From: Escherichia phage KBNP1711
Sequence record: NC_023593.1
DNA: 64,000 nucleotides
Direction: 5' to 3' (one strand)
Shown here: piece by piece, positions 48,848 through 57,217 of the stretch
Layout: each line of letters starts with the position of its first letter
How positions within the stretch are numbered: the stretch's first letter is position 1
Notes under the pieces: model-generated
What the model was told of the DNA's origin: nothing
The model's database searches: none
The model's input: only the letters and a program-made list of their open reading frames with translations
Program-made: the position numbers and the translations under genes

Positions 48848-50041
48848 TTAATTTCCTAAGAAAAGTTTCGTGAGAATTGAATCCCACTCCGTACTAGGCA
48901 GCACATCAAAGCTGCTATTATTTGACAAATTCGACTGTTGAAAGTGGCGAATCAGTGTGTAAGTGTTAACACGGTCATTACCAAATCGAGTATACAACAA
49001 CTCGTTTCGAGTCTTGTCTGATAGGGAAATAGCTTTGGCAAAAGCTACAATCAGCATAGGCTCTTTGAGGGCACGATCTTGAAGGGCTTCTGGTTGAATA
49101 ATAGGTAAGAACATCGAGTTGTTTACATACAGCTCATGCTCTTCGTGTCCGGGAACGTCATACCAAATACTCTGGTAGTCTTCATCACGAAAATGTCCTT
49201 CACCAGCCATATATGACGGTTGACGCCACGCGGTCTGGCGAGGTTCTGCCATATTAGCTCCGATACCCACTGTGTACAGTGTTACAGGGAACAGGCAGTT
49301 GTCATATTCGTTACCAGTAAAGGCAACTCGTACTTCACCAAACAGGTTCTCTTTTGCGTTAATCAATCGAGAATAGGCAAGAGCTTGTAACGGAGACCAA
49401 TTATCCATGTAGAGCTTATCAAGGAAAGTCCACACGTTTGCTTGTTCGTCTTCTTGATAGAACAGACGATTCACCATAAGGTAGAACAGGCAACGATCAG
49501 CAGGAACTGGTTCAGATACATCTTCTGTTACTACACCCATAAAACCTTTTTCATGCCAAACAAGACATGAAGGACGATCTTTATCCATGAAAGCTTCAAG
49601 CGCTTCCATAACTGACTTGACAGTTACATCAGGACGTTCACGATATTCAGCCCAAAGCTCAACTGCATTCTTAGGCTTTTCATCCCCTACATCAGCGTGA
49701 TAGAAAGCATATTGGAAGGAGATGATGTTGTTGCTCCCATCCTTTCCACGCATAGGGATGTGGGTTCCAGAGTTCCAGATAATACGAATATCTTCCATTG
49801 ACATATTTCTGCTCAGGACTTCATCTCTGCCTGAGCTTTGCATCAAGCTATAGCTGCTATCCCAAACATGGACATACTGCGTCCAGCCTTCATTGGCTTC
49901 GTAGGTAATGGGGTCGTAATAGTCGTCATCTTCATCACAATCATCACCACCATGGTAGTTGTCGTGCTGAAGAAATCCATAGCAAGGAGGCCAGACTGTT
50001 AATACGTTGTCGTGCTTATCCTGCAATGTTACTGGAAACAT
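48848..50041 (-). CDS. hypothetical protein
   Basis: 397-aa ORF with acidic Cys-containing N-terminus. Confidence 0.45.
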   Translation of the reverse strand: MFPVTLQDKHDNVLTVWPPCYGFLQHDNYHGGDDCDEDDDYYDPITYEANEGWTQYVHVWDSSYSLMQSSGRDEVLSRNMSMEDIRIIWNSGTHIPMRGKDGSNNIISFQYAFYHADVGDEKPKNAVELWAEYRERPDVTVKSVMEALEAFMDKDRPSCLVWHEKGFMGVVTEDVSEPVPADRCLFYLMVNRLFYQEDEQANVWTFLDKLYMDNWSPLQALAYSRLINAKENLFGEVRVAFTGNEYDNCLFPVTLYTVGIGANMAEPRQTAWRQPSYMAGEGHFRDEDYQSIWYDVPGHEEHELYVNNSMFLPIIQPEALQDRALKEPMLIVAFAKAISLSDKTRNELLYTRFGNDRVNTYTLIRHFQQSNLSNNSSFDVLPSTEWDSILTKLFLGN

Positions 50042-50052
50042 TTTGAAACCTC

Positions 50053-50415
50053 TTATTGTTGTTTGATCAACTCAACGGACTTACGGATGTAAAGAATATC
50101 ACGGAAGTTACGATAGTTGTTCATGAATTGATGCTTCTGGAACTCAGCTTCAAGCAGAGATTCTTTGGCACTTTCATAACTCTTACGGGCAAGATACACA
50201 ACCCGCTCTGGTAATACGTTTGCACGACGGATGATATACTTGTGAGCTTTCATATTGCTCTGCTCACGAGCTATCTTACTTTTTGCTACCGTAATGCCAT
50301 TTGCAAGCCAAACAAGCTCTTGCTCAAGCTCTTCGTTGGACATTCCACCGAGGTTTGATGCAACCTTGTTCAGAGTTTCAATGTTAACGTTGCCCTTGAT
50401 GGGACGTGTATTCAT
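50053..50415 (-). CDS. hypothetical protein
   Basis: 120-aa ORF. Confidence 0.4.
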   Translation of the reverse strand: MNTRPIKGNVNIETLNKVASNLGGMSNEELEQELVWLANGITVAKSKIAREQSNMKAHKYIIRRANVLPERVVYLARKSYESAKESLLEAEFQKHQFMNNYRNFRDILYIRKSVELIKQQ

Positions 50416-50417
50416 AC

Positions 50418-50573
50418 CTACTCCTGTTGTTTACACTCACCAATAACCCACTGATAAGAAGTGGATTGACCTGAAAAGAAACACTGAATAAATCCAGACG
50501 TTCTCTGCGTTACCAGTGCTAGTGCACATATCACTACCGCTGCTGCTAGCAGTTTCATATCTAATTTAGACAT
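50418..50573 (-). CDS. small exported protein
   Basis: Internal ATG 50573; signal-like MKLLAAAVVICALALV. Confidence 0.35.
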   Translation of the reverse strand: MSKLDMKLLAAAVVICALALVTQRTSGFIQCFFSGQSTSYQWVIGECKQQE

Positions 50574-50685
50574 ATTTCCTCTCTTTGAATTTAAAAAAGG
50601 ACTCTCCGAAAAGAGCCAAGCTTTAAATACAAAAAAGATATTACCCAATATCTGTGGATAACCTGCTCTTAAAATATCTATCCGA

Positions 50686-50802
50686 CGGATGTTCGAGGAC
50701 TGTCCCTCTCCCTAGCATCGGCCCCATACGGGAAATATATTAAGATTAGGTTAGTTGAGTCAGAATAACTCACATAGCCCTCCGGAGGGAAGGCTATAAA
50801 TG
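50686..50802. repeat. intergenic element copy 1 (CGGATGTTCGAG ... CTCTCCCTAGC ... hairpin CACATAGCCC...GGCTATAA)
   Basis: Second copy at 55920-56028. Confidence 0.5.
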
Positions 50803-50811
50803 TCACTCTAT

Positions 50812-51027
50812 CTAAAAATCGCCTGATTTTACAAAATCATCACTAAGGATTTCATCAATTTCTTTGCTGGTTAGGTCTTTTCTGAACCAACAACAAGGAA
50901 CATCCACCCATTGACCAGAATTGTTTTCTACAGAGCATCTGTTTCCTGTCTTACTTTTGCATTTATAAGACTTCCCTTTATCTAGGCGATAATGGATTCT
51001 ATAAACAATTGACACAAGTTCTATCAT
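50812..51027 (-). CDS. small Cys-rich protein
   Basis: Internal ATG 51027; Cys-rich C-terminal half. Confidence 0.35.
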   Translation of the reverse strand: MIELVSIVYRIHYRLDKGKSYKCKSKTGNRCSVENNSGQWVDVPCCWFRKDLTSKEIDEILSDDFVKSGDF

Positions 51028-51028
51028 A

Positions 51029-51271
51029 CTATTTATCCCCACCAAAGGCAAGGTAGGCATCTTTGATTTCAGTAACCTGTGAATCAGGTTTGAATGCAGA
51101 CAAATGCCCTGTGTTCAGATTAACTGCGTTGGCAGGGATGATGCAACCCTCTACTTTAGTGTCAGGGATTTTCATGTAGTAGCTTGAAAAGTGCTCTGCT
51201 GAGAAAACTTCCCCAATAGAGATATCACTAATCTTCGCTAGAACATCCTTAGCTGGTTTCCCTATTTTCAT
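51029..51271 (-). CDS. small protein, paralog family A
   Basis: Shares L..G.VF...F/Y..K...C..L..G with seven other genes. Confidence 0.4.
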   Translation of the reverse strand: MKIGKPAKDVLAKISDISIGEVFSAEHFSSYYMKIPDTKVEGCIIPANAVNLNTGHLSAFKPDSQVTEIKDAYLAFGGDK

Positions 51272-51528
51272 TACTCACCTTTCTTAGCACGATCTTTGGC
51301 AGTTTTGCCAGTGCGGATACGATGGGAAACGTTAACCAGAGTGCCACCTTCAACAATGGTAACGCTCTTGTTCTTGGCAACGTCAAACACAGACTTCTCC
51401 GTGCCACCCAAGCGAATCTGCTTAGGCTCACTGAAGGTTTGTGTGGACTTGGACTGGATGTTGAACGGCTGACGGATTGCATCGATTGCACTTACTTTAC
51501 TCATGGGGGAATAGCTCCTAAAAATCAT
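51271..51528 (-). CDS. hypothetical basic protein
   Basis: 85-aa ORF. Confidence 0.35.
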   Translation of the reverse strand: MIFRSYSPMSKVSAIDAIRQPFNIQSKSTQTFSEPKQIRLGGTEKSVFDVAKNKSVTIVEGGTLVNVSHRIRTGKTAKDRAKKGE

Positions 51529-51737
51529 GACTGCGTAGAGGGAATTCCCTACGCAAAAACGACGCTAAAAGAAGCGTCACAGTAGTTGAAAAGAGGTACA
51601 GAAACAGAGGTTATTTAGCTACCTTTTTCTGACCGTTTACGAACCAGATAATTGAACCGTCGGGCTGTCGTTGACCGAAGCCTTTCATGGTTAGCATGTC
51701 TTCCGAAAACTCTTTAAAAGTAATCACTTGCTTACCC

Positions 51738-51983
51738 TTACATTGGAGTTAATACAATCTCTGCTTTGGCAAACCTCTCGCCAACTTCGAGAGTATCAGC
51801 AACAGGACGAGGCACACCAGTACCCAAACAAACAGCCCTTCGATACCCTCCAGTCACAGGCATCATCAAATAGATGACCTGATTATCATCTTCTTTTAAA
51901 GTGAAGATGTCAGCGATTGATAAGTCTTTAACAAAGAGTTTCTTTTCTTCTTTGTTGTGAACCTTAATATGTATTGTGCTCAC
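51738..51983 (-). CDS. small protein, paralog family A
   Basis: Family motif. Confidence 0.4.
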   Translation of the reverse strand: MSTIHIKVHNKEEKKLFVKDLSIADIFTLKEDDNQVIYLMMPVTGGYRRAVCLGTGVPRPVADTLEVGERFAKAEIVLTPM

Positions 51984-51985
51984 AC

Positions 51986-52231
51986 CTACTCCTGAACCAC
52001 AGACATACGAATCATTTCCACCTGAGTGTCACCTTTCATAACACCCAGCACACCAGTCAGAAGGTTAACTGTAGTAATCCAACCCTCTTCTACAGAGATC
52101 TTGTTGGACACATTATTAACACGCATGTAATACTGAGGTGATGCTGTACCCCGCTGAACTACGAAAGGGTTTCCGGGGATGATAGTATCCAGCGGATGTG
52201 TGTTATCTTTGACCTTGGGGATAATTTTCAT
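51986..52231 (-). CDS. small protein, paralog family A (divergent)
   Basis: Family motif, weaker. Confidence 0.35.
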   Translation of the reverse strand: MKIIPKVKDNTHPLDTIIPGNPFVVQRGTASPQYYMRVNNVSNKISVEEGWITTVNLLTGVLGVMKGDTQVEMIRMSVVQE

Positions 52232-52239
52232 CTTGATTC

Positions 52240-52551
52240 CTATTTAAGTTTGAGGCTAATGTTGAGGTGCATACATGCCCTGTTCTGTACAGCAGCATAA
52301 CTTCTACCGAGCATGTCAGCCATTCTCTGAATAGACATGAACCCAGCATTACGGATAAGGAACTGATCTTCTTCTTTAGACCACTTAACTCGGATTACAG
52401 CTCTAGAGATACCGAACTTAGTGCAAGCTGTATTAACTGCATTCTCCGTTACATTCATAATCTGAGCAACTTCTTGAACGGAGTACTCTTTGATTAGTCT
52501 CCGAAGATTTTCAATCTGCATCGGAGTCCATATAGTTCTTCGTGCTTTCAT
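52240..52551 (-). CDS. DNA-binding protein with two tandem helix-turn-helix (Myb/SANT-like) repeats
   Basis: Two ~45-aa repeats each starting with W and containing helix-turn-helix-like segments. Confidence 0.45.
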   Translation of the reverse strand: MKARRTIWTPMQIENLRRLIKEYSVQEVAQIMNVTENAVNTACTKFGISRAVIRVKWSKEEDQFLIRNAGFMSIQRMADMLGRSYAAVQNRACMHLNISLKLK

Positions 52552-52982
52552 ACATCCTCCAATTAAACATTTATATAAGACTTGCTTAGATAAAGATTCA
52601 ATAAAATAGGGGGAGGGGACGAATCCTCCCTTATCCTATTAATTAATGTTGCATGTAAGATCTAACAATCGGTTGCCTTTGTAGGAATAAGCATTATGCT
52701 AATCCAGCACTAAACTCCCGCCCCCTTAGTGGGCTGGGTTATTAAAGGGTAACGCCCTTATGGGCTAGTTACGTGAATGTTAGTTTGATAGGAGATCTGA
52801 AGTCCTATCTCAAAGGACTCTCGTAAGAATCCTTCACGATATTACTTATTCATTTCTCGTCGGCTATCTCTCCAAGCCAACCAAGTGTAGGTTTTCAGCT
52901 CTTCAAAGTCTTCTGGAGAGAATAGATATTCTTTGAAGGTGTCACTAAACCACTCTAAAAATTCTTCAGTCATAATAACCTC

Positions 52983-53156
52983 TTAACAATACTGATCACA
53001 TGGCTGATCACCACATGTCTTACAGATCACTGGAGAGTAACTACAGGCAGGATATACTGACACACCATCAAACGTTTCACACCCACAATCAGGGCATGTA
53101 CCATTGGATTCCATGTCATCGTCATCATACACTTCTCCGCCACCATAACAGCTCAT
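52983..53156 (-). CDS. small Cys-rich zinc-binding-type protein (57 aa)
   Basis: AAGGAG RBS 5 nt before ATG; CPDCGC...CKTCGDQPC; + strand ORF 53000..53185 is judged its shadow. Confidence 0.4.
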   Translation of the reverse strand: MSCYGGGEVYDDDDMESNGTCPDCGCETFDGVSVYPACSYSPVICKTCGDQPCDQYC

Positions 53157-53165
53157 ATGAACTCC

Positions 53166-53387
53166 TTAGTAGACCAAACCTATAGCCTTTGCATCAGGCT
53201 GAGGGACTACTTTTGCACTAGGGCGATAGCCATCCACTGAACCATTCCAAAGATTGACACAGGTGATATACCCATCGCTCAAGTAGTCTGTTTTAATCCA
53301 GAAGTGTTTATCATGACCAAAAATACTTCCGTTTGGCAGCGTGGACAGTTCAACAGTTTTAAGGGATTGTTTAGAATCTAATTTCAT
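53166..53387 (-). CDS. small protein, paralog family A (tandem duplicate)
   Basis: About 50 percent identical by eye to 53397..53618. Confidence 0.5.
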   Translation of the reverse strand: MKLDSKQSLKTVELSTLPNGSIFGHDKHFWIKTDYLSDGYITCVNLWNGSVDGYRPSAKVVPQPDAKAIGLVY

Positions 53388-53396
53388 ATAAGTTCC

Positions 53397-53618
53397 TTAA
53401 TATACCAAACCTACAACCTTTGCATTAGGTTGAGGGGTTACTTCAGCGGATGGAGAAAAACCATCAACAACACCGTTGCAGATATTGATGCAGGTGATAT
53501 ATCCTCCAACCTCTTGATTTCCTTTAATCCAAAAACCGTTATCATGTCTAAAAGCACTCCCACTAAGAAGTCTAGACAAAGGAACTACCGGCAATGTTTG
53601 CTTGGCTTCAACTAACAT
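53397..53618 (-). CDS. small protein, paralog family A (tandem duplicate)
   Basis: As above. Confidence 0.5.
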   Translation of the reverse strand: MLVEAKQTLPVVPLSRLLSGSAFRHDNGFWIKGNQEVGGYITCINICNGVVDGFSPSAEVTPQPNAKVVGLVY

Positions 53619-53627
53619 AACAACTCC

Positions 53628-53876
53628 TTAATTATCGTAGCATGTATCCCAATACATATAGTTAACGTATGTTCTCGGTTTGAGTCCGTACATGATGAAG
53701 TGAGTCTTCTTAATTCTTTCCTTCAGGGTATAATAAAGGCCATCACTGAAGTTACCAATCTTTACTTGGAAGCGTAAAGATCGAGCATCCATTCGAAGCA
53801 TAGAGATTAGCTGTACTCTACTACCCCCAGCCATCTCTTCAAGAAGCTTCTTTGTATTCCAATAATGAGCTGTCAT
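53628..53876 (-). CDS. hypothetical protein
   Basis: Internal Met of track ORF 53628..53933. Confidence 0.35.
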   Translation of the reverse strand: MTAHYWNTKKLLEEMAGGSRVQLISMLRMDARSLRFQVKIGNFSDGLYYTLKERIKKTHFIMYGLKPRTYVNYMYWDTCYDN

Positions 53877-53877
53877 A

Positions 53878-54183
53878 TTACCACTCCTTACCGGTCGTAA
53901 TCGTAGAGCCACCACACCACAACGCTGTATCAATCACAACATTGTCTGGCGTAGACTTCTCTTCGTTGATAGACGGGTTGGCATTAGAACAGGTTGCTCC
54001 GTTCCAGCGCATATCAATCTCACCAGAAGGAACCTTCTCACCTTTATGCCAGCGAGATACACAAATACCGTCCACTGCTACCGCACACCATCCATCAGGA
54101 CGGCTCTGTACGCAGCCTGTAAGGGCCACACAGACAAGGAAGATACAGATTAAGGATATTACACCACCCCAACTCATAAGCAC
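53878..54183 (-). CDS. lipoprotein (Cys-rich)
   Basis: Signal peptide with lipobox LTGC (ICIFLVCVALTGC). Confidence 0.5.
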   Translation of the reverse strand: MLMSWGGVISLICIFLVCVALTGCVQSRPDGWCAVAVDGICVSRWHKGEKVPSGEIDMRWNGATCSNANPSINEEKSTPDNVVIDTALWCGGSTITTGKEW

Positions 54184-54196
54184 CTCCTAATTAATT

Positions 54197-54271
54197 TGGC
54201 GTCCCCACTAGGACTCGAACCTAGAATGGATTTTTAGAAGAAATCTGTTATATCCTTTTAACTATAGGGAC
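54197..54271 (-). tRNA. tRNA-Arg (anticodon UCU)
   Basis: Hand-folded cloverleaf: 7-bp acceptor stem, D stem GTTA/TAAC, anticodon stem GATTT/AAATC with loop CTTCTAA, T arm CTAGG-TTCGAGT-CCTAG, encoded CCA. Confidence 0.8.
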
Positions 54272-54280
54272 TTATTTTAT

Positions 54281-54445
54281 TTAGATCATATCTCGCTTGG
54301 TGATATGACCACATATTTTACATCGAAGTATGTAACGAGTTCCTGTGTCTTCTAGTTTACCGAACTCATCATACACATTTAAACGAATCTCTTTTATAGT
54401 TTCCCATTCATGGAGATGGAAGAGATATTTAAACCACTTGAACAT
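54281..54445 (-). CDS. small zinc-finger protein
   Basis: Internal Met of track ORF 54281..54619; CKICGH. Confidence 0.3.
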   Translation of the reverse strand: MFKWFKYLFHLHEWETIKEIRLNVYDEFGKLEDTGTRYILRCKICGHITKRDMI

Positions 54446-54452
54446 AATAACC

Positions 54453-54704
54453 TCAAGCACAAGCAGGGAGTGTGATGATTTTATACTGACCTTCGAACTC
54501 TCCAAATAAACCCAAGAATGTAGGACTGTAAGTACCAGTACAAACAAACTCATCAAACAGGGCGTTATAGCTAGGCTTAATCTTCCAAGCCCATACATAA
54601 CCCATCTTGTCAATTGCAATGTAACGAGCGTTCAGAGGAACAGTCATCATCACATCATCAACTTCGATCACTTTAGTGATTGGTGCAGCTTGGAAGTTTT
54701 TCAT
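54453..54704 (-). CDS. hypothetical protein
   Basis: 83-aa ORF. Confidence 0.4.
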   Translation of the reverse strand: MKNFQAAPITKVIEVDDVMMTVPLNARYIAIDKMGYVWAWKIKPSYNALFDEFVCTGTYSPTFLGLFGEFEGQYKIITLPACA

Positions 54705-54925
54705 CCTACTCTCCTAACATTTAGGGTAGCTTGATAAAATTTGACAGGGCAAGTCCTATCAAATGTAAATCTTGTTTCAGGATTCTTTATACAGATAGCA
54801 TGTCTGTGCATAACCTTCATGTATAAAGGAGGTTTTGTATCCCCGTCCACTTCTAGAGAGAACACATCACCATTACGTAGACTACCAAAAGTATTATCTT
54901 TAGGTTCAGAATGGACAATAATCAT
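54701..54925 (-). CDS. small protein, paralog family A
   Basis: Family motif (LRNGDVFSL...LYMKV). Confidence 0.4.
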   Translation of the reverse strand: MIIVHSEPKDNTFGSLRNGDVFSLEVDGDTKPPLYMKVMHRHAICIKNPETRFTFDRTCPVKFYQATLNVRRVG

Positions 54926-55107
54926 ACTTTACCTTTAATGAAAATATCATTACCACAGACATAGCATGAACGAACAACAGTAGCGCCACGCTGAACGATA
55001 CGAACCTCTTCCTTAACCAGATTAACACGAGCACCACAGCAAGGAGAGTTAACATAAGAGTAACCAGCTTGTGTATTCTTGATTGTTTGCTTAGACATTT
55101 GATTCAA
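54922..55107 (-). CDS. small zinc-ribbon protein
   Basis: PCCGARV...CYVCG. Confidence 0.4.
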   Translation of the reverse strand: MNQMSKQTIKNTQAGYSYVNSPCCGARVNLVKEEVRIVQRGATVVRSCYVCGNDIFIKGKV

Positions 55108-55447
55108 GATCTCTCAGTTGTTTAGCCAATTGTTCGCACTCGTTGATGCAGAACTCTTCTGTTCTTGGAACCCCATTAGGGTTGAACCGTGTCTTATCAC
55201 CTGCATGGGCACAATCAAATCCGACTGTATTTAAACCACCCATTTCTTCGAGAGAATCCTGCCACGTAACACCGCCATGGACGTTGACATAACAAACCTC
55301 TTCATCGTCCCCATTATATCCGGTGAAGTTTTTACTGCTCAGAGTGTCTGGTAACTCTACATACCCACATAAGTGTGAGTTGTTCATGTTTATAATCACA
55401 GCACAAAGACCTGATTTAGTTACCCAATCTTTAACTATTCGTCTCAT
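55091..55447 (-). CDS. hypothetical protein
   Basis: ATG 55447 preceded by AAGAGGTG RBS. Confidence 0.45.
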   Translation of the reverse strand: MRRIVKDWVTKSGLCAVIINMNNSHLCGYVELPDTLSSKNFTGYNGDDEEVCYVNVHGGVTWQDSLEEMGGLNTVGFDCAHAGDKTRFNPNGVPRTEEFCINECEQLAKQLRDLESNV

Positions 55448-55531
55448 ATAAGCACCTCTTGTTAGTTTAAGTAAGAGTTGTCCCTTAATTAAAACAACAA
55501 AGGCCACCCGATTGGGCAGCCTTTTTACTTA

Positions 55532-55672
55532 TTAACTGTTATATGTCCAATTACCTTGCTTGTTACGAATAGCCGACATAGCATGAAGCCAGAAGCCTTC
55601 CAGTTTCAGAGCACCGTTAGCTACTACATCCATACGTTCAGGGCGGTTCATACGTTTGGTTGATACTTTCAT
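55532..55672 (-). CDS. small basic protein (46 aa)
   Basis: Hand-translated ORF in a region with no track ORF; weak SD. Confidence 0.25.
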   Translation of the reverse strand: MKVSTKRMNRPERMDVVANGALKLEGFWLHAMSAIRNKQGNWTYNS

Positions 55673-55919
55673 ACCTATCTCTCTTTGTTAGTGGAGGCAT
55701 TATTGCCAGTTGATATAAGGGATAGCCCTAGTCAGTAGACTAATCCTGACCGCGTACTCATTGCCGACCTTCTCTGCCTAAGAGTTCAGGTTCTAGAGCT
55801 ATCTCTTATTCCAACTGGTGAAGACTCCCTACCCCTAGGAAGTCTCCTGAATCCCAAACCAATATGTACCCCTACATATTAGAAAGTCTTTCGAAAATTA
55901 ACAGGTTTTAGTCTAACAC

Positions 55920-56028
55920 CGGATGTTCGAGCAAGCTCTCCCTAGCGGTGTGGCATATGCCTGAGTTAATAATTTAATGAGGAACACCCTCACATAGCCC
56001 TCTGATGGATACAAGGGCTATAAGTCGG
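55920..56028. repeat. intergenic element copy 2 (CGGATGTTCGAG ... CTCTCCCTAGC ... hairpin CACATAGCCC...GGGCTATAAG)
   Basis: Matches copy at 50686-50802. Confidence 0.5.
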
Positions 56029-56030
56029 TG

Positions 56031-56249
56031 TTACTTTTGGGATAAACACAGATCGGGACGTGGCATAACAGTGGTTGATAGACCGAAGACTGCAACAGAG
56101 CCACTGTTCAGATCAGCGGCCTTACACAAACCGTCAGGAGTTTTATCTTCTAGCATCAGCCAGAAACGTCTATCGTAAGAGAAAACATCACCACCTTTAA
56201 CATCTTCTGCATTTGCATATTTAGGATAATCAACTACTTTAATTTCCAT
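56031..56249 (-). CDS. small protein, paralog family A
   Basis: Family motif (VKGGDVFSYDRRFWLM). Confidence 0.4.
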   Translation of the reverse strand: MEIKVVDYPKYANAEDVKGGDVFSYDRRFWLMLEDKTPDGLCKAADLNSGSVAVFGLSTTVMPRPDLCLSQK

Positions 56250-56507
56250 CTACTTACCTTTATTGGTAATTACTGCATCTGGGATAAGGATTACAGGAAG
56301 ACTCGAATCAAGCTTCATAACCTGATTAGTACTTAAACTAAGTACAACTGTTCCAGAATCTTTCTTGTTTGACTCTGTTACGTGTGGAGTAAATAAACCA
56401 ACAACCAAATAGTGACCGAAGCGTGTAGCTTTAACTTGGAATACATCGCCAAGCTTTAAATCACCAACTGTAAGATCTGGGTCTTTTAGTTCAAGATCAA
56501 TCTTCAT
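56250..56507 (-). CDS. small protein, paralog family A
   Basis: Family motif (LKLGDVFQV). Confidence 0.4.
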   Translation of the reverse strand: MKIDLELKDPDLTVGDLKLGDVFQVKATRFGHYLVVGLFTPHVTESNKKDSGTVVLSLSTNQVMKLDSSLPVILIPDAVITNKGK

Positions 56508-56757
56508 CTTTAGCCTCGATGTTAGTTATGTGGAGATCATTACGAACTTGGCAGACTTCATCACGCTTAATAGGGACTAGCTTTCCAGTGACAACATCAA
56601 CGCAGTTCACGTAATTGTCTGCGTATAAAGAGTCGGTTCGAATATAAAGGAACCCTTTAGACTCAAAGAGAACCCCCGGCTTCATATTATTTAAGCGAAG
56701 CATTGTACGGTTAGATTTAATATTAACCTTCACTATTGATCTCCTGTTGCTTGGCAA
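56497..56757 (-). CDS. small protein, paralog family A (divergent)
   Basis: Family motif (MKPGVLFESKGFLYIR). Confidence 0.35.
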   Translation of the reverse strand: MPSNRRSIVKVNIKSNRTMLRLNNMKPGVLFESKGFLYIRTDSLYADNYVNCVDVVTGKLVPIKRDEVCQVRNDLHITNIEAKDED

Positions 56758-57028
56758 TAGCTACTCGCAAGTCTTCATTAGCACGAGCAAGGCGTTTAAC
56801 TTCATGATCAAGGCTGATAAGGCGCTTATTTCTATCCTCAACCTGTTCAACCAGATCAAAAAGCTCAAATCTCACCTTTTCTGTATACATCTCCTCTACT
56901 TTAACCAGACTGTTATAGCGACGTTCCCAGCTGGCTGCTTTGTTTCTTAGGATAATAAAACCCAACACAGCAACAGTTAACAGCAATACAAGTAAGAATT
57001 TATATACTTCAATACTCATCTTATTCAC
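56723..57028 (-). CDS. type II membrane protein with coiled-coil ectodomain
   Basis: One TM (FLLVLLLTVAVLGFIIL) then heptad-rich charged helix; follows the SleB-like hydrolase gene. Confidence 0.4.
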   Translation of the reverse strand: MNKMSIEVYKFLLVLLLTVAVLGFIILRNKAASWERRYNSLVKVEEMYTEKVRFELFDLVEQVEDRNKRLISLDHEVKRLARANEDLRVAIAKQQEINSEG

Positions 57029-57217
57029 CTTTAAAGTAAGTTATTATAAGAAATATTATTTAGAATTATTATTTTCTAAACATAATTTCTATAATCTTTT
57101 TCAGAGGTCTATATACAGTCATTACCCCTAGTTCCAAATTGCTTCCACTTTTCAGCGACTATTTTCTAAGTCGCTGTTTTATAAGGGAATTTAGTTTGTC
57201 AATTCTGGCACCTATGA

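Noticed and set aside
53000-53185. His-rich 61-aa + strand ORF
   Set aside because: Mirror image of a - strand Cys-rich ORF that has an AAGGAG RBS; the - strand reading is preferred.
54197-54271. tRNA as a prophage integration site / window as an integrated prophage
   Set aside because: No integrase, recombinase or repressor genes seen; the tRNA is internal to a co-oriented phage gene block and is intact with encoded CCA, so it is called a phage-encoded tRNA.
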